A stretch of 63,943 nt of DNA, counting the filler, from Octopus bimaculoides (Eukaryota), in the NCBI RefSeq assembly GCF_001194135.2. It is 8 parts of 7 records of this genome, joined end to end, with 100 filler letters (N's around TTAATTAATTAA, not from the genome) between each part and the next. Parts side by side here need not be neighbours in the genome. Positions count along the whole stretch, not along the records: positions 33,768 to 40,831 come from NC_068982.1; positions 40,932 to 51,515 come from NC_068983.1; 6 more parts are not named here. One strand, given 5' to 3'. Numbering within the stretch: position 1 is the first letter of the stretch; every line of letters begins with the position of its first letter. Below, one piece after another: positions 39,431 through 50,754 of the stretch. Both the position numbers and the translations under genes were made by a program. Under the pieces are notes generated by a model. That model searched no databases. It saw only the letters and a list, made by a program, of their open reading frames with translations, and was not told the origin of the DNA.

Positions 39431-40791
39431 TTAATACTAGTATGTACGAAAATTTATGTCAACACAACATTATCAAGGTAATCCAAATTGATGAAATTCT
39501 AACTGAACATCTGAAAAAACTTTAGCTGTTAAAAAAATGCTAACAAGAAGAAGCACCAAACCAAATTCAATTTTAGACATTCATTCATTTAACCAAGAGC
39601 AACGTCATTGAATAACCTATTTAGTTTATAAAAATAAAATATAAAAAATACCATACTAATTACATATTTTTTGACAATATGAAATCTGCATAAAAAGTAT
39701 ATTTATCAACTAAAATTGATGACGCCACTGGATATCTAAAGAACAAAATATATTTTATTGAATTTTAACGGTCACTTAACTTCAAGCTGTTGCCATAAAT
39801 TTAGAAAGATATTCAAATATTTCAATTATTAATTATAATGATCTTTTAACTAATTATTATATAAGGTTAATTTCTATTAAAGGGCTTAATATAATGAGTA
39901 AGTAATTATTTATTGCGATGTAAAGTATCTATGCTTCAATTAAGCATAACGTAGAATTCTTATCTAGAGATCATCAATAATTGTACATATTATTAATTAT
40001 AGTAATTTTTCAATTATTATATAATAATCTTAATTCCTATAAAAGGTTATAATATAAAAATAAATTGGTATTTAATTATCTTATCCGTTATTTTTATTCT
40101 TTATTAATCTACCGTAGTCATCAATAATTGTATATATTATTATTAATTATTATGGTTTTTAAATTAATATATAATAAGGTTAATTCCTATATAAGCGTTT
40201 ATTATAATTTAAAAGTAGATATTTGGTTATCTTTTCTGTAATTTTTAGTTTTTAATTACCCAGTGAGTTCCTCGGTGGTTGTATATGTTGTTCATTATAA
40301 TAATTCTTCAGTTATTATAAAATAAGGTTAATTCTTATAGCAGGATTTATTATATTAAACAGGAAATTAATTATTGCGACGTAAAATATATAAATTTCTA
40401 TTAAGCATTACATAGAATTATTATCTGTAGTCTTTATTTTTAAGTTATCTATTAAGCAGAACGTTGAATTCTTGTCTGAAATTTTTGTTCTTTAGATATC
40501 CAGTGACGTCTTCAATTTTAGTAGATAAATATACTCGTTTTCTAAGTTTTTTCTTTTATTGTCAAATAATATGTATTTAGTATGGTATTTTTTATATTTC
40601 ATTTTTATAAACCAAATTAGTTATTCAACGATGTCGATCTTGGTTGAATGAATGAATGTTAAAAGTTAAATTTGGTTTGGCGTTTCTTCTTGTCTTCTTC
40701 TTACGTTTTTTCAGATGTTCAGTTAGAATTTCACCAATTTGAATTACTTTGATAATGTGTTGACATTAATTTTCGTACATATTATTATTAA
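39431..40791. repeat. ~315-bp diverged inverted repeat pair around an AT-rich tandem spacer
   Basis: 39431-39748 is the reverse complement of ~40483-40791 (shared GAAATTCTAACTGAACATCTGAAAAAAC, ACTGGATATCTAAAGAACAAAA). Confidence 0.85.
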
Positions 40792-40831
<40 letters not shown>

Positions 40832-40931
40832 NNNNNNNNNNNNNNNNNNNNNNNNNNNNNNNNNNNNNNNNNNNNTTAATTAATTAANNNNNNNNNNNNN
40901 NNNNNNNNNNNNNNNNNNNNNNNNNNNNNNN

Positions 40932-41590
40932 AGGCCTCACCGATGCAATGACTTCTGACCGAGACCTTTGGAAATATGCTGTGCATGAGAAGACCCGGCA
41001 AGCCAAGTGAGACCAAAATCCAAGGCCTCTGCCAGGGATGTAGCCAGCCCACTTATGCGTACTCCACTTGCGAAGACCTGTTGAGGCAAGTGAAATCGAA
41101 ATGGAACTAAATTCGACGACTGGCCCCCATGCCAATGTCTCCTCCATTTGACACTAAACTCTGCTTGCGAAGACCTGTTGGGGCAAGCGAAAGCGAAATC
41201 GTGATGGCACCACCTTTTGAGCGTGATCGTTACTAGCGTCGCCTTCTTGGCATTTGTGTCGCAGCTTTGCGTTCCTGGTACGTGAAAAGTCATTTGAGTG
41301 AGATCGTTGCCAGTTCCTCTGGACTAGCTCCTGTGCAGTTGGCATGTGAAATACACCATTTTGAGCGTGGCCGTTGCCAGTACCGCCTGACTGGCCTTGG
41401 TGCCGGTGGCTCATAAAAGCACCCACTACACTCTCGGAGTGGTTGGCGTTAGGAAGGGCATCCAGCTGTAGAAACTCTGCCAAATCAGATTGGAGCCCGG
41501 TGTAGCCATCTAGATCACCAGACCTCAGTCAAATCGTTCAAACCATGCTAGCATAGAAAGCGGACGTTAAATGATGATGATGATGACATA
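40932..41590 (+). mobile_element. RTE LINE 3' end (ORF2 terminus, 3' UTR, (GAT)n tail)
   Basis: GLTDAMTSDRDLWKYAVHEKTRQAK* followed by UTR ending GGACGTTAAATGATGATGATGATG. Confidence 0.8.
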
Positions 41591-41782
41591 ACTTTACATC
41601 TTCACTAAAATTATCTCTGTACGCATATTGTCTCTGTATGCTTATCTTCTTTGTACACATATAATTATCTTTTTTAAATATATATATATNNNNNNNNNNN
41701 NNNNNNNNNNNNNNNNNNNNNNNNNNNNNNNNNNNNNNNNNNNNNNNNNNNNNNNNNNNNNNNNNNNNNNNNTATATACACA

Positions 41783-43056
41783 TCAGGTCATTAAGAATGA
41801 AATGTCCGATTTAAAATGAAAGTTTATTTTACTTTATCTCAACAAAAAGCAATGCAGTTGATCAATGTATGCACCTAAATTATCAACACAATTTTGCCAT
41901 TTTATCGGTAGCTTATTTATGTTGGCAGCAAAGAATTCTGGAGAGCAAAAGGTGATGAAATCATGAAAGGCTGTTTTTGTATCTTCTTCAAGTTTAAAGT
42001 TTTGCCTTGCAAAATGTTGTCTAATGGCTGGAAAATGTGATCATCAGTAGGTGCGAGGTCTGGTGAATATGTTCTTGTAACTTGAATAGTGTTCTTTGTG
42101 CAACATGTGGCTGAGCATTGTTTTGGAAGAGAATTGGCCTGGCTCTATTGACCAATCTCAGTTGTTTAATTACAACTTCACTCATCATTTCATCCAATTG
42201 GTTGATGCATGCATCCACTGTAATTGACTTACCCAGTCTCATGAAACTGTAGTGGATGATACCAGCACTGGACTACCAAACAGACACCATTAGCTTTTTT
42301 TGGTGACTATTCTTTTTTGGATTGTATCTTGGCACTTCATCTCTATCCAACCACCATGCAGAATGCTTGCTATTGTTGAAGAGAATCCATTTTTCATCAC
42401 ACTTAACAATACGATGCAAAAATAGTTCACTTTTATTCCATGACAGCAAAGAACAGCAAGTTTCAAGACGTATCATTTGATGCTCTTTCACTTCATGTGG
42501 TACCCATTTGATGCTCTTTCAGTTCATGTGGTACCCATTTGATACTCTTTCAGTTCATGTGGTACTCATTTGTGCAGCTTCTTTACTTTCCCAGTTTGTT
42601 TCAGATGATCCAATGCAATGCAGTTGGAATCGAAACATCAAACCTTGCTGCCAACTCACGCATAGTTTGAGATGTATCTGCTTCCACTACAGTTTTCAGC
42701 TCATCATTATCCACTTTAGTCTCAGGTCTTATAAAGGACTGATTTTCAAGAGTAAAGTCACCAGACTGGAACTTCTCAAACCATCAATGTACAGTGCGCT
42801 CATTCACATCTTCACCAAGCACCTCAGTGATGTTTCAAACTGTCTGGAATGCATTGGTTCCATGACAGAACTCATATTCATAAACAATATGAATTTTCAT
42901 TTATCCATGGGTTCACAAAAACTGATTTACAAGAGAAACTCACAATATAATCAGACACTATGAATTGCATTTTGAAAAGTGATGATGTAACTCTTCGATG
43001 TTGTAAAACAAAGAATTGTCATTAGAGTTAGCGATATTTCATTCTTAATGACCTGA
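41783..43056 (-). mobile_element. Near full-length decayed mariner
   Basis: TIR TCAGGTCATTAAGAATGAAAT at both ends (CA/TA flanks); WVPHEL and RIVKCDEKWI motifs. Confidence 0.9.
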
Positions 43057-43099
43057 TATATATATATATAACCATATTTTCCATAATTGTCTCTATACT

Positions 43100-46000
43100 T
43101 TGAATCCCTCTCTTTATCTCTCCCTCCTAGCTCTTAACTCTACACCTACATACAGATCATACTTATACCCCCAATGCACACAGAATGAAGTGAATAATAC
43201 AGCAAAGATGTCAAGAAATTGGAATGCCTCAGAAATAAACCTGTTTCTCAGAACTTGGGCAGTAGCTGAAAACAATTCTCCCAAAAACGTTATCACTTCA
43301 ACACTAAATAGCACAGGATTCAGCAGGTCCATTGCACAAATAGAGTGGAAGAAAAGTGTATTCAACCACTTCTACACACTCATCAGACCACATCTAGAGA
43401 AGCTGGAAACCATTTTTAAAAATGGTGAATCCTTAGGTAAAATACCTGATACAGAGAACAGTCCCAACACTGAACCCTCGAATAGACGACCCAATAAGGA
43501 AGGCACTAAAAAGGCCACCATGAATGAAGTTACCTAAGTTCATGGAGATGGAGAAATTGAAAAAAAAAGAAACACAAAAAGCCCCTTAGAAAAGCAGCCC
43601 CAACACCACCTCCTAAAACACTGGGAAAGGTAAAGGAACTGTGAAGCCTGTTGAAAGAGAGGCCAGTACCAAAAAAGTATGAAAAAAAAAGAAACAAAAA
43701 GGAAGAGAAATATAATTAGAAACAAGATGTTACATGAAGCATGTACCATTTGTAAATTTCATGCTAAAGGTATCTGCTGGCATTGAGAGATAAGGACAAA
43801 CTGCCACTTTGCACATCCAAAGCTCAAGCAGAATGGTACATGTGGCAAAACACACCTCCAAGGTAGGACAAACCCATGCTCAGAGAAACTCTTACCACAC
43901 TACAGGCCTGCAACAATGACTAAAAAACTATGCAAATGCAGTGTGAGCTACAACCATAGAGCAACAAAATTTTGTAAGTGTGGCTCAATTACAGGCCCGG
44001 GATGGCTACCATTACCACAAAGCTGGCAATCACACCAGTTCTTTTAATAAATATTAGGTTTCCTACAAAGCAACAACAATAAAAAAAATTGCATACTTGA
44101 GGGATCTTTCTGCATGCAATCAAGTGATATGCATTGCACGTACAGAGACACATCTCTTTGCAAATATAAATGACACAGAGATATACACACCAATGGCGGA
44201 GTTGCATTATATATCTATGAAGATATCACACCATTGACCCTGTTGTCACACTCAAACTCAGTCTGTGACACACTCATAGTGCATTTAATATAACTTGATG
44301 TGGTAACATGCACCCTGTATCGCCCCCTCATGCCTCAAAATCATGATGGTAAATTTGAGGAAATGATAAAAGTACTAGCAAAACTGGATCAAAGTGTTAA
44401 TATACTTCTGATAGGTGACTTCGACTTTGCCAACATCAGATGGCCTGAAGGCCACATAATCTCAGGAATGACATGCAAAGGATCTCTGCTTAACCTCCAA
44501 AAATGTTGTTCATGGAGCAAACAATACTCTCCCCAACCAGAAATGGTAACATGTTAGACCTCTGTTTCACCAACAATGTAGGTCTTATCCGCTACATTAA
44601 GATAACACCAACAATTTTCTCAGATCACAACATGGTTGAACTGACAATGTGTGGTCAAAATCAATTAATGATGTATTCCACACAGATGGCACCCAAACTC
44701 TGTCTGGTTTAAACTTCTACAAGGCTGACTGGAAGTCAATTGAAAAATGGATTATCTGATGAAATTGATCTAAAAGTCTCTCTATGCCACACATTGATAT
44801 GAAACTTAAAGAATTCATGTCAATAATGCAAGTCATATGCATAAAATTTTTTCCAGAGAAGAGAGCAACCACATACAAAAACATCATTCCTCAAGACAGG
44901 AGAGCCCTTATGAAACAGAGAATAAAGATCTCCAATTGCTTAAATAAACAACTTATTGACAAGAAGAAATCTCTTCTAGAAGAGAAATTTTTAGAGATCG
45001 AAAATTTACTCAGACTTTCTCATGAAAAGAAAAGGGTAGAAAGAGAAACCAAGGTGGTGAAAAATATAAAGTTTGCAAAAGAGTCTGCTTCAGTATACTA
45101 CAAAATAGGGCCACTGTTTGAAGATGGCTCGCTAACTGCAGACCCCAAGAGGATAAATGAAGTACTAAATAAGAAATCCCAGAGTGTCTTCACCTCTCCA
45201 CTGGAAAACTGGTAAGTGTGTAAGCCAAAAGAGTTCTTAAATACTGCAGACCTATATGGGAAAAGGTAACCATCGATTACATCAACATAAGGATGTAATA
45301 TTGGTCATTGATGAGATGAGCTCAAATTCAGCAATGAGCCCAGATGGATTTCCATCTGTTCTAAAAACATGCAAGAAAGTTCTTGCAGATACTTTTTCAG
45401 AGACTCCTTACATGTGGAAAACTTCTCAAATTGTTAAAAAAGGGTGTCATATGCCCTGTCCATAAAAGAGCAGATGCTAAAAATTATGGGCCTTTCTCTC
45501 CGATTTCACATGTTAGCAAGGTCATGGAATGCATTGTCAAGAGACTGATCATGTTCCTGGAAAAGAATAACTTGCTCACACACAACATGGTTTCTTCCCA
45601 GGGAGGAGTTGCCTCACACAGCTACTACAAAATAAAGGAAGATAAGAAGAAAGATGAGCCAGAAGAAAATGCAGATGATATTGAAATCAATGCCATGATT
45701 CTGTCTGCTCGGTGTTGGCCCACATTCAGAGAAGAGAAACTCAACTTGGCTGAAAATATGCAGACTTGTTTGGAGAATTACACCAAAAAGTTTGAATCCA
45801 GGAAAGGAAATCGCACGTTGACATGGAAACCCCATTTAGGTCTGGTCAACATCGATATTGAACTAAAAGAGAGAGACCTCAACCTGAACGTCTCACCTGT
45901 ACATGCAGCTATCATAATGCAGTTTCAAAATAAAGACCAGTGGACAGTTGAAGAGCAACGAGCTAACTCTGATGATATTATGCTTGCTGATGAAGAAGAG

Positions 46001-46880
46001 ACAGAATCTGCCATGGCATCGATGAGGACTCAAATGGAAGAGCAAATGCAGGTTTACTGGACATACATTGTTGGTATGTTGACCAATCTGGAAAGTCTCC
46101 CCATTGAGAGGATCCACTCGATGCTGCATATGTTTGCTGTACAAGGTCCTTCTTCTGTGGAATGTAGCCTGGCTGAACAGAAGGCCTTCCTTGACAAGAA
46201 AGTGAATTGGGTACTGAAACAGCAGCTCAACTGCTCAAATGTGGATGTGATATATCTCGAATTTACTAAGGCCTTTGACAAAGTTGGTCATGAAATGATA
46301 TGTCACAAACTACACGACCTTGGTATCACTGGAAAACTGAGAGAGTGGCTGCATGACTTTTTAAAAGACAGAAGATAAACAGTTGCAGCAAATAGTGCTC
46401 TCTCTCTGGAGAGACAATCTGCAGTGGAGTTCCTTAAGGAACTACTGGGGCCACCACTGTTTGTAGTGGCTCTCACAGACATGCCTTTAGTTGTACATTC
46501 AGCTACATTGGTGATATCAAAGTATCCCAGGTGGTCAAGAACCCTGATGACCTAGCAAAACTGCAAAATGACCTGTATGCAATATACAAATGGGCTGATG
46601 AAAATAACTTGCAGCTCAATGCTGATAAGTTTCAAGCACTCTGCTATTGGCCCACAAACTGACTACAATTGGAATACATAGGAATACAGTGGAATCCCAG
46701 AATTAGAATTGGTACATAACCTGAGGATCCACATGAGTAATGATGCAACATTTCATGTTCATATTATCAAGATGGCAACACTGTGCAGGTGAGTAGCTGA
46801 ATGGATCCTTAGATGATTCAGAACCTGAATTAAGAATGCCTTCCTCCTATGGAGGACATTTGTCCTCAATCATCTGAATT
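43100..46880 (+). mobile_element. Decayed CR1/L2-group LINE: ORF1-like region (Myb/SANT-like plus CCCH finger), APE endonuclease, RT
   Basis: ILLIGDFDF and LDLCFTNN..IFSDHNMVE (APE); KGVICPVHK..AKNY, VDVIYLEFTKAFDKV (RT); the YADD region near 46500-46520 looks damaged. Confidence 0.85.
45629..46204 (+). pseudogene. ANAPC2: Intronless ANAPC2 (anaphase-promoting complex subunit 2) C-terminal fragment inserted in the LINE RT
   Basis: INAMILSARCWPTFREEKL..YTKKFESRKGNRTLTWKPHLGLVNIDIEL..VSPVHAAII and YWTYIVGMLTNLESLPIERIHSMLHMFAVQGP match, from memory, APC2 ILSSEFWP../RTLSWK..LGLV/FWTYIQAMLTNLESLSLDRIYNMLRMF. Confidence 0.92.
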
Positions 46881-47222
46881 AATAGCAGTCAAATCTTGAC
46901 TCTAAACTACAATAAATGTTCATATAGCACCAGGGGCAAAGACGAAGAGACAAAATAAACAAGCAAAAATTACTGGATAATTCCAGATCCCGGATTTCTG
47001 GCTTTGCATAAGAAATGCTTTGCCTCATCAGTGGAATACACTCAGAAAAGCATATAAATACTAATATATATATATAACATACGATATACTTACATATACG
47101 AATGTATACATGCATATATATGCACGTATGCACACATATGCAAACTCCTCGTGCGATATGGTCAGAATATCACCGCAGTAAATATATATGTATGTATACG
47201 TTCGTATATGTAAGTATATCGT

Positions 47223-47263
<41 letters not shown>

Positions 47264-48103
47264 NNNNNNNNNNNNNNNNNNNNNNNNNNNNNNNNNNNNN
47301 NNNNNNNNNNNNNNNNNNNNNNNNNNNNNNNNNNNNNNNNNNNNNNNNNNNNNNNNNNNNNNNNNNNNNNNNNNNNNNNNNNNNNNNNNNNNNNNNNNNN
47401 NNNNNNNNNNNNNNNNNNNNNNNNNNNNNNNNNNNNNNNNNNNNNNNNNNNNNNNNNNNNNNNNNNNNNNNNNNNNNNNNNNNNNNNNNNNNNNNNNNNN
47501 NNNNNNNNNNNNNNNNNNNNNNNNNNNNNNNNNNNNNNNNNNNNNNNNNNNNNNNNNNNNNNNNNNNNNTATATATATATAGATAGATAGATAGATAGAT
47601 AGATAGACATATATGTGTGTGTGTATGTCCGTTTCACCCCCACCCCCTCCCCATTCCCATTCCCACGATCGCTTGAAAAGTACTAGGCTTACAAAGGATA
47701 AATCCCAGGGTTGATTTGCTCAACTAGAGGAGGTGCTCCAGCATGGCCACAGTCAAATGACTAAAACAAATAAAACAATAAAAGAATATATATATATATC
47801 ATCATCATCATCATTTAATGTGACAATGGCACGGGTGCTAGTTATACGACACTAGCATTGGCCACATTATCTCTGTCAGGAACAATGCTCGAAAGATGCT
47901 CTGTACATGCTACTGGCACAGATGCCAGTTATGTGGCTCCAGCATCGGTCACAACTACGATTTCACTTGGCTCTATGTGTATATTTGTGTGTGTGTAAAT
48001 ATATGTGCATGTATGTATATATATGTATATGTGTATATATATATATGCATGTGTATATATATATGTAAATATATATATTTATATACATAAATGTGTAATG
48101 GTG

Positions 48104-48850
48104 TCCGTCTGTGTGTGTGTTTGGGGTTACTCTCCAACCGATTTTAATGATTTTTGGCACATAGGGAGATCACACACCCTGAAGTTCAAATAAGGCCAGA
48201 ATTTTTCGAAAACTTGATAATGCTCGGTTGGCATTGATTTTTGTGAGCTCAATCGTGCGTTTGAATGGAAATTCCCATAACAATGTTATTTTTCCTGCAG
48301 CTTTTGCATTTTCTGTCCGATTTTGATGAAAATCGATGAGTGAGCAAGGCTCATGGCAGTGAGTTGATGTCAGTATATGGCATTGACAAAAAGTCGATAA
48401 TCGCGCCTGGCCAGTGGTTTTATAAAATCAATAGGCTTTTTGCATGCAAATACCCGTAAGGATTTTATTTTTGGCTATAACTCTTATATTTTTACGTAAA
48501 TGGTCACATGGATTTTATTTTATGACATAACCTTAACACTTTTCTTCAGATTTTGCTGAGATTGGACACGCTTATCAATTTTGTACAGGGGGTGGCATTA
48601 AGGGGAGAGAAATAAACAAACATCACTCTCAACGGGTTGAGTTACACCCAAAAGTTTGACTGCGATTTCAGACAGTCCAGTATGTAGGAGTATGTTGAAA
48701 GCGTTAACTGGGTAAAATCCCTGCCGAACCAGATATAACATCTAAATGGGTAATAGTTGGCACAGGGAACGTAGAAGATTTCAATACAAGGTCAGAGATG
48801 GGCTTAACTTCAACATGGAAAACACGAGCAACGCCGGGTCCAACAGCTAG
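48104..48850 (+). mobile_element. Non-autonomous Helitron-like element
   Basis: 3' end GAGCAACGCCGGGTCCAACAGCTAG followed by T (GC-rich motif plus CTAG|T); 5' part TCCGTCTGTGTG..CCGATTTTAATGATTTTTGG typical of such elements. Confidence 0.55.
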
Positions 48851-49362
48851 TATGTATGTATCGTCAGTAAATCATAAATCTGTAAAAGAAGCACACTCTA
48901 GCACTTAGCTTTACAGTATATCATCAGATCTTTAACCTGTTAGTCTACGGCCTCCCTAGAAAATGATCCCTATTATTAGCAAATATATTTTAGATCGCAT
49001 TTTAACTAAGTTAGATATTTATTTAAATTTACGGATTTGGAAAAATAATAAGTCGGTAATAGATTGATATTGTTGACTTTTACCCATCAATATCCAGACA
49101 TTTGCTCTTGAAAGCATTAGAATTCGCCAGACAGTATATCAACATTGATAGCTCGGAAATAGATATTATCGTACATGCAAGAAAATCACTTCTTCTTTTA
49201 TGAGGAATCTACCTGGATCAAAAAGAGTGAGGATTCTTTTTTCGATGTAGCGATGGAGGCATACGATGGGGCTGAGTGATGTACACTTATAGGAGTTTAT
49301 ATTTTGCACAATCTGAAGCTAGAATTCCCGTTTGTAGACACAGAATTGTATAGGGATGACAG

Positions 49363-49818
49363 TGTAAGAGGTAAAATTGGTTGGCACTGGAAGGGTGCCA
49401 CACAATCCCTTACATAAATGTTAGAGGAAAAATATCAGAACAAGAAAACATCCGAACAAAAACAATCTTTTTATTTTGTATGTACAAGGTTTACACCTCG
49501 GGACAATCAGTAGCCAAGTCTGGTGTGGAAGCAGCAAAGTCGGAGTTAATCATACTTTGTGAAGGCATTCTTCACACTAGTCCAGCTACAATGGAGCTGG
49601 TCAAATACCGAGCGTCTCAGGCAGCAGCGGAGGCGAACAGAGCTGCTAAGGACACATATCTGCATAGTTCAGCGGCTGCGTATCGAGTCTGGTGATACGA
49701 AAGAACTTTGCTGCTGCTAGTTTTCTGCGCATGCACATCAGGGACCTTTTGGCAGGCCTTCCAGAAGGTTCCAACCCTGCGCATGCGTGCTGGGGACCTT
49801 CAAAATGACGTCACTACA
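49363..49818 (-). mobile_element. Solo LTR (456 bp) inserted in the Penelope RT catalytic motif
   Basis: TGT...ACA termini; 4-bp TSD ACAG/ACGG; host frame YRDD-GL is restored on removal; AATAAA on the minus strand. Confidence 0.8.
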
Positions 49819-49959
49819 ACGGTCTTATAGCCACCCATAATTTAAATGGCCATGAATTAGATAAACTTAGGAAGGATCTAATTGCCGTCTTCCAAAGGAT
49901 AGGCTTGCGGATTACAATACCTCAAAAAAGTAGATTTCTTAGATGTAAATTTAGACTTG

Positions 49960-50754
49960 GGATCTATTTTAAAATGGGGGCCACAGTATTTTCTTAACGA
50001 AACACTTTGAAACTTGGAACACTGGTAGAATGTGTCATATAAAACATCTTTTTCTCTTAATCTTCTTTAAAAAAAAAAGAAATCCCTAAGTTATTCCATG
50101 TTAAAGTTGTCGTATTTCTGTAATTTCAACCAATCACTGACGTCCATTCAGCCGATATAAGTGCCGACTACATAAACAAACGATTCTGAAACAATTCTAT
50201 CGGTGATAAAATTATTATTTCCTTGTCAAAAAATGGCTGAAGCATATTGGCAGTAGCTAATAAACCTTTCTATTATAGGCTAACCCTAACCCTAACCCTA
50301 NNNNNNNNNNNNNNNNNNNNNNNNNNNNNNNNNNNNNNNNNNNNNNNNNNNNNNNNNNNNNNNNNNNNNNNNNNNNNNNNNNNNNNNNNNNNNNNNNNNN
50401 NNNNNNNNNNAATTTAAAAAGAAAAAAGCAAATAAAACGAAGAAAAAAAAAAGAAAAGAAAAAAAGCAAATTTAAAATGAAAAAAGCAAATAAAACGAAG
50501 CTATGGAGATTAAATACGCTTTACACCGCTTAATCGGCCAAAGGAGTAAATATAAACAACTGAATACTTGTCAGTGATTGGTTGAAATTATCGAAATAAG
50601 ACAATTTTTTACATGAAATAAATTCGAATACAAAAATATTTTTCTGTTCTATAACACAAAATAGATAAGTATACGAAGTTTGAAAGTCTTTCGGTACCAA
50701 AAACACTACGTAAAACATTAATGAACACTGTGGCCCCCGTTTTAAAATAGATCC
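49960..50754. mobile_element. GGATC-terminated MITE, copy C, with (CCCTAA)n next to an internal gap
   Basis: TIR GGATCTATTTTAAAATGGGGGCCAC / GTGGCCCCCGTTTTAAAATAGATCC; TSD TAGACTTG/TAGACTTA; host frame NLDLNSDKFKSYRKP restored on removal. Confidence 0.9.

Noticed and set aside
49270-49290. In-frame TGA in the Penelope RT (GAE*C) as selenocysteine, as in some Naiad PLEs
   Set aside because: It replaces a non-Cys position in an element with other stops and frameshifts; ordinary decay is simpler
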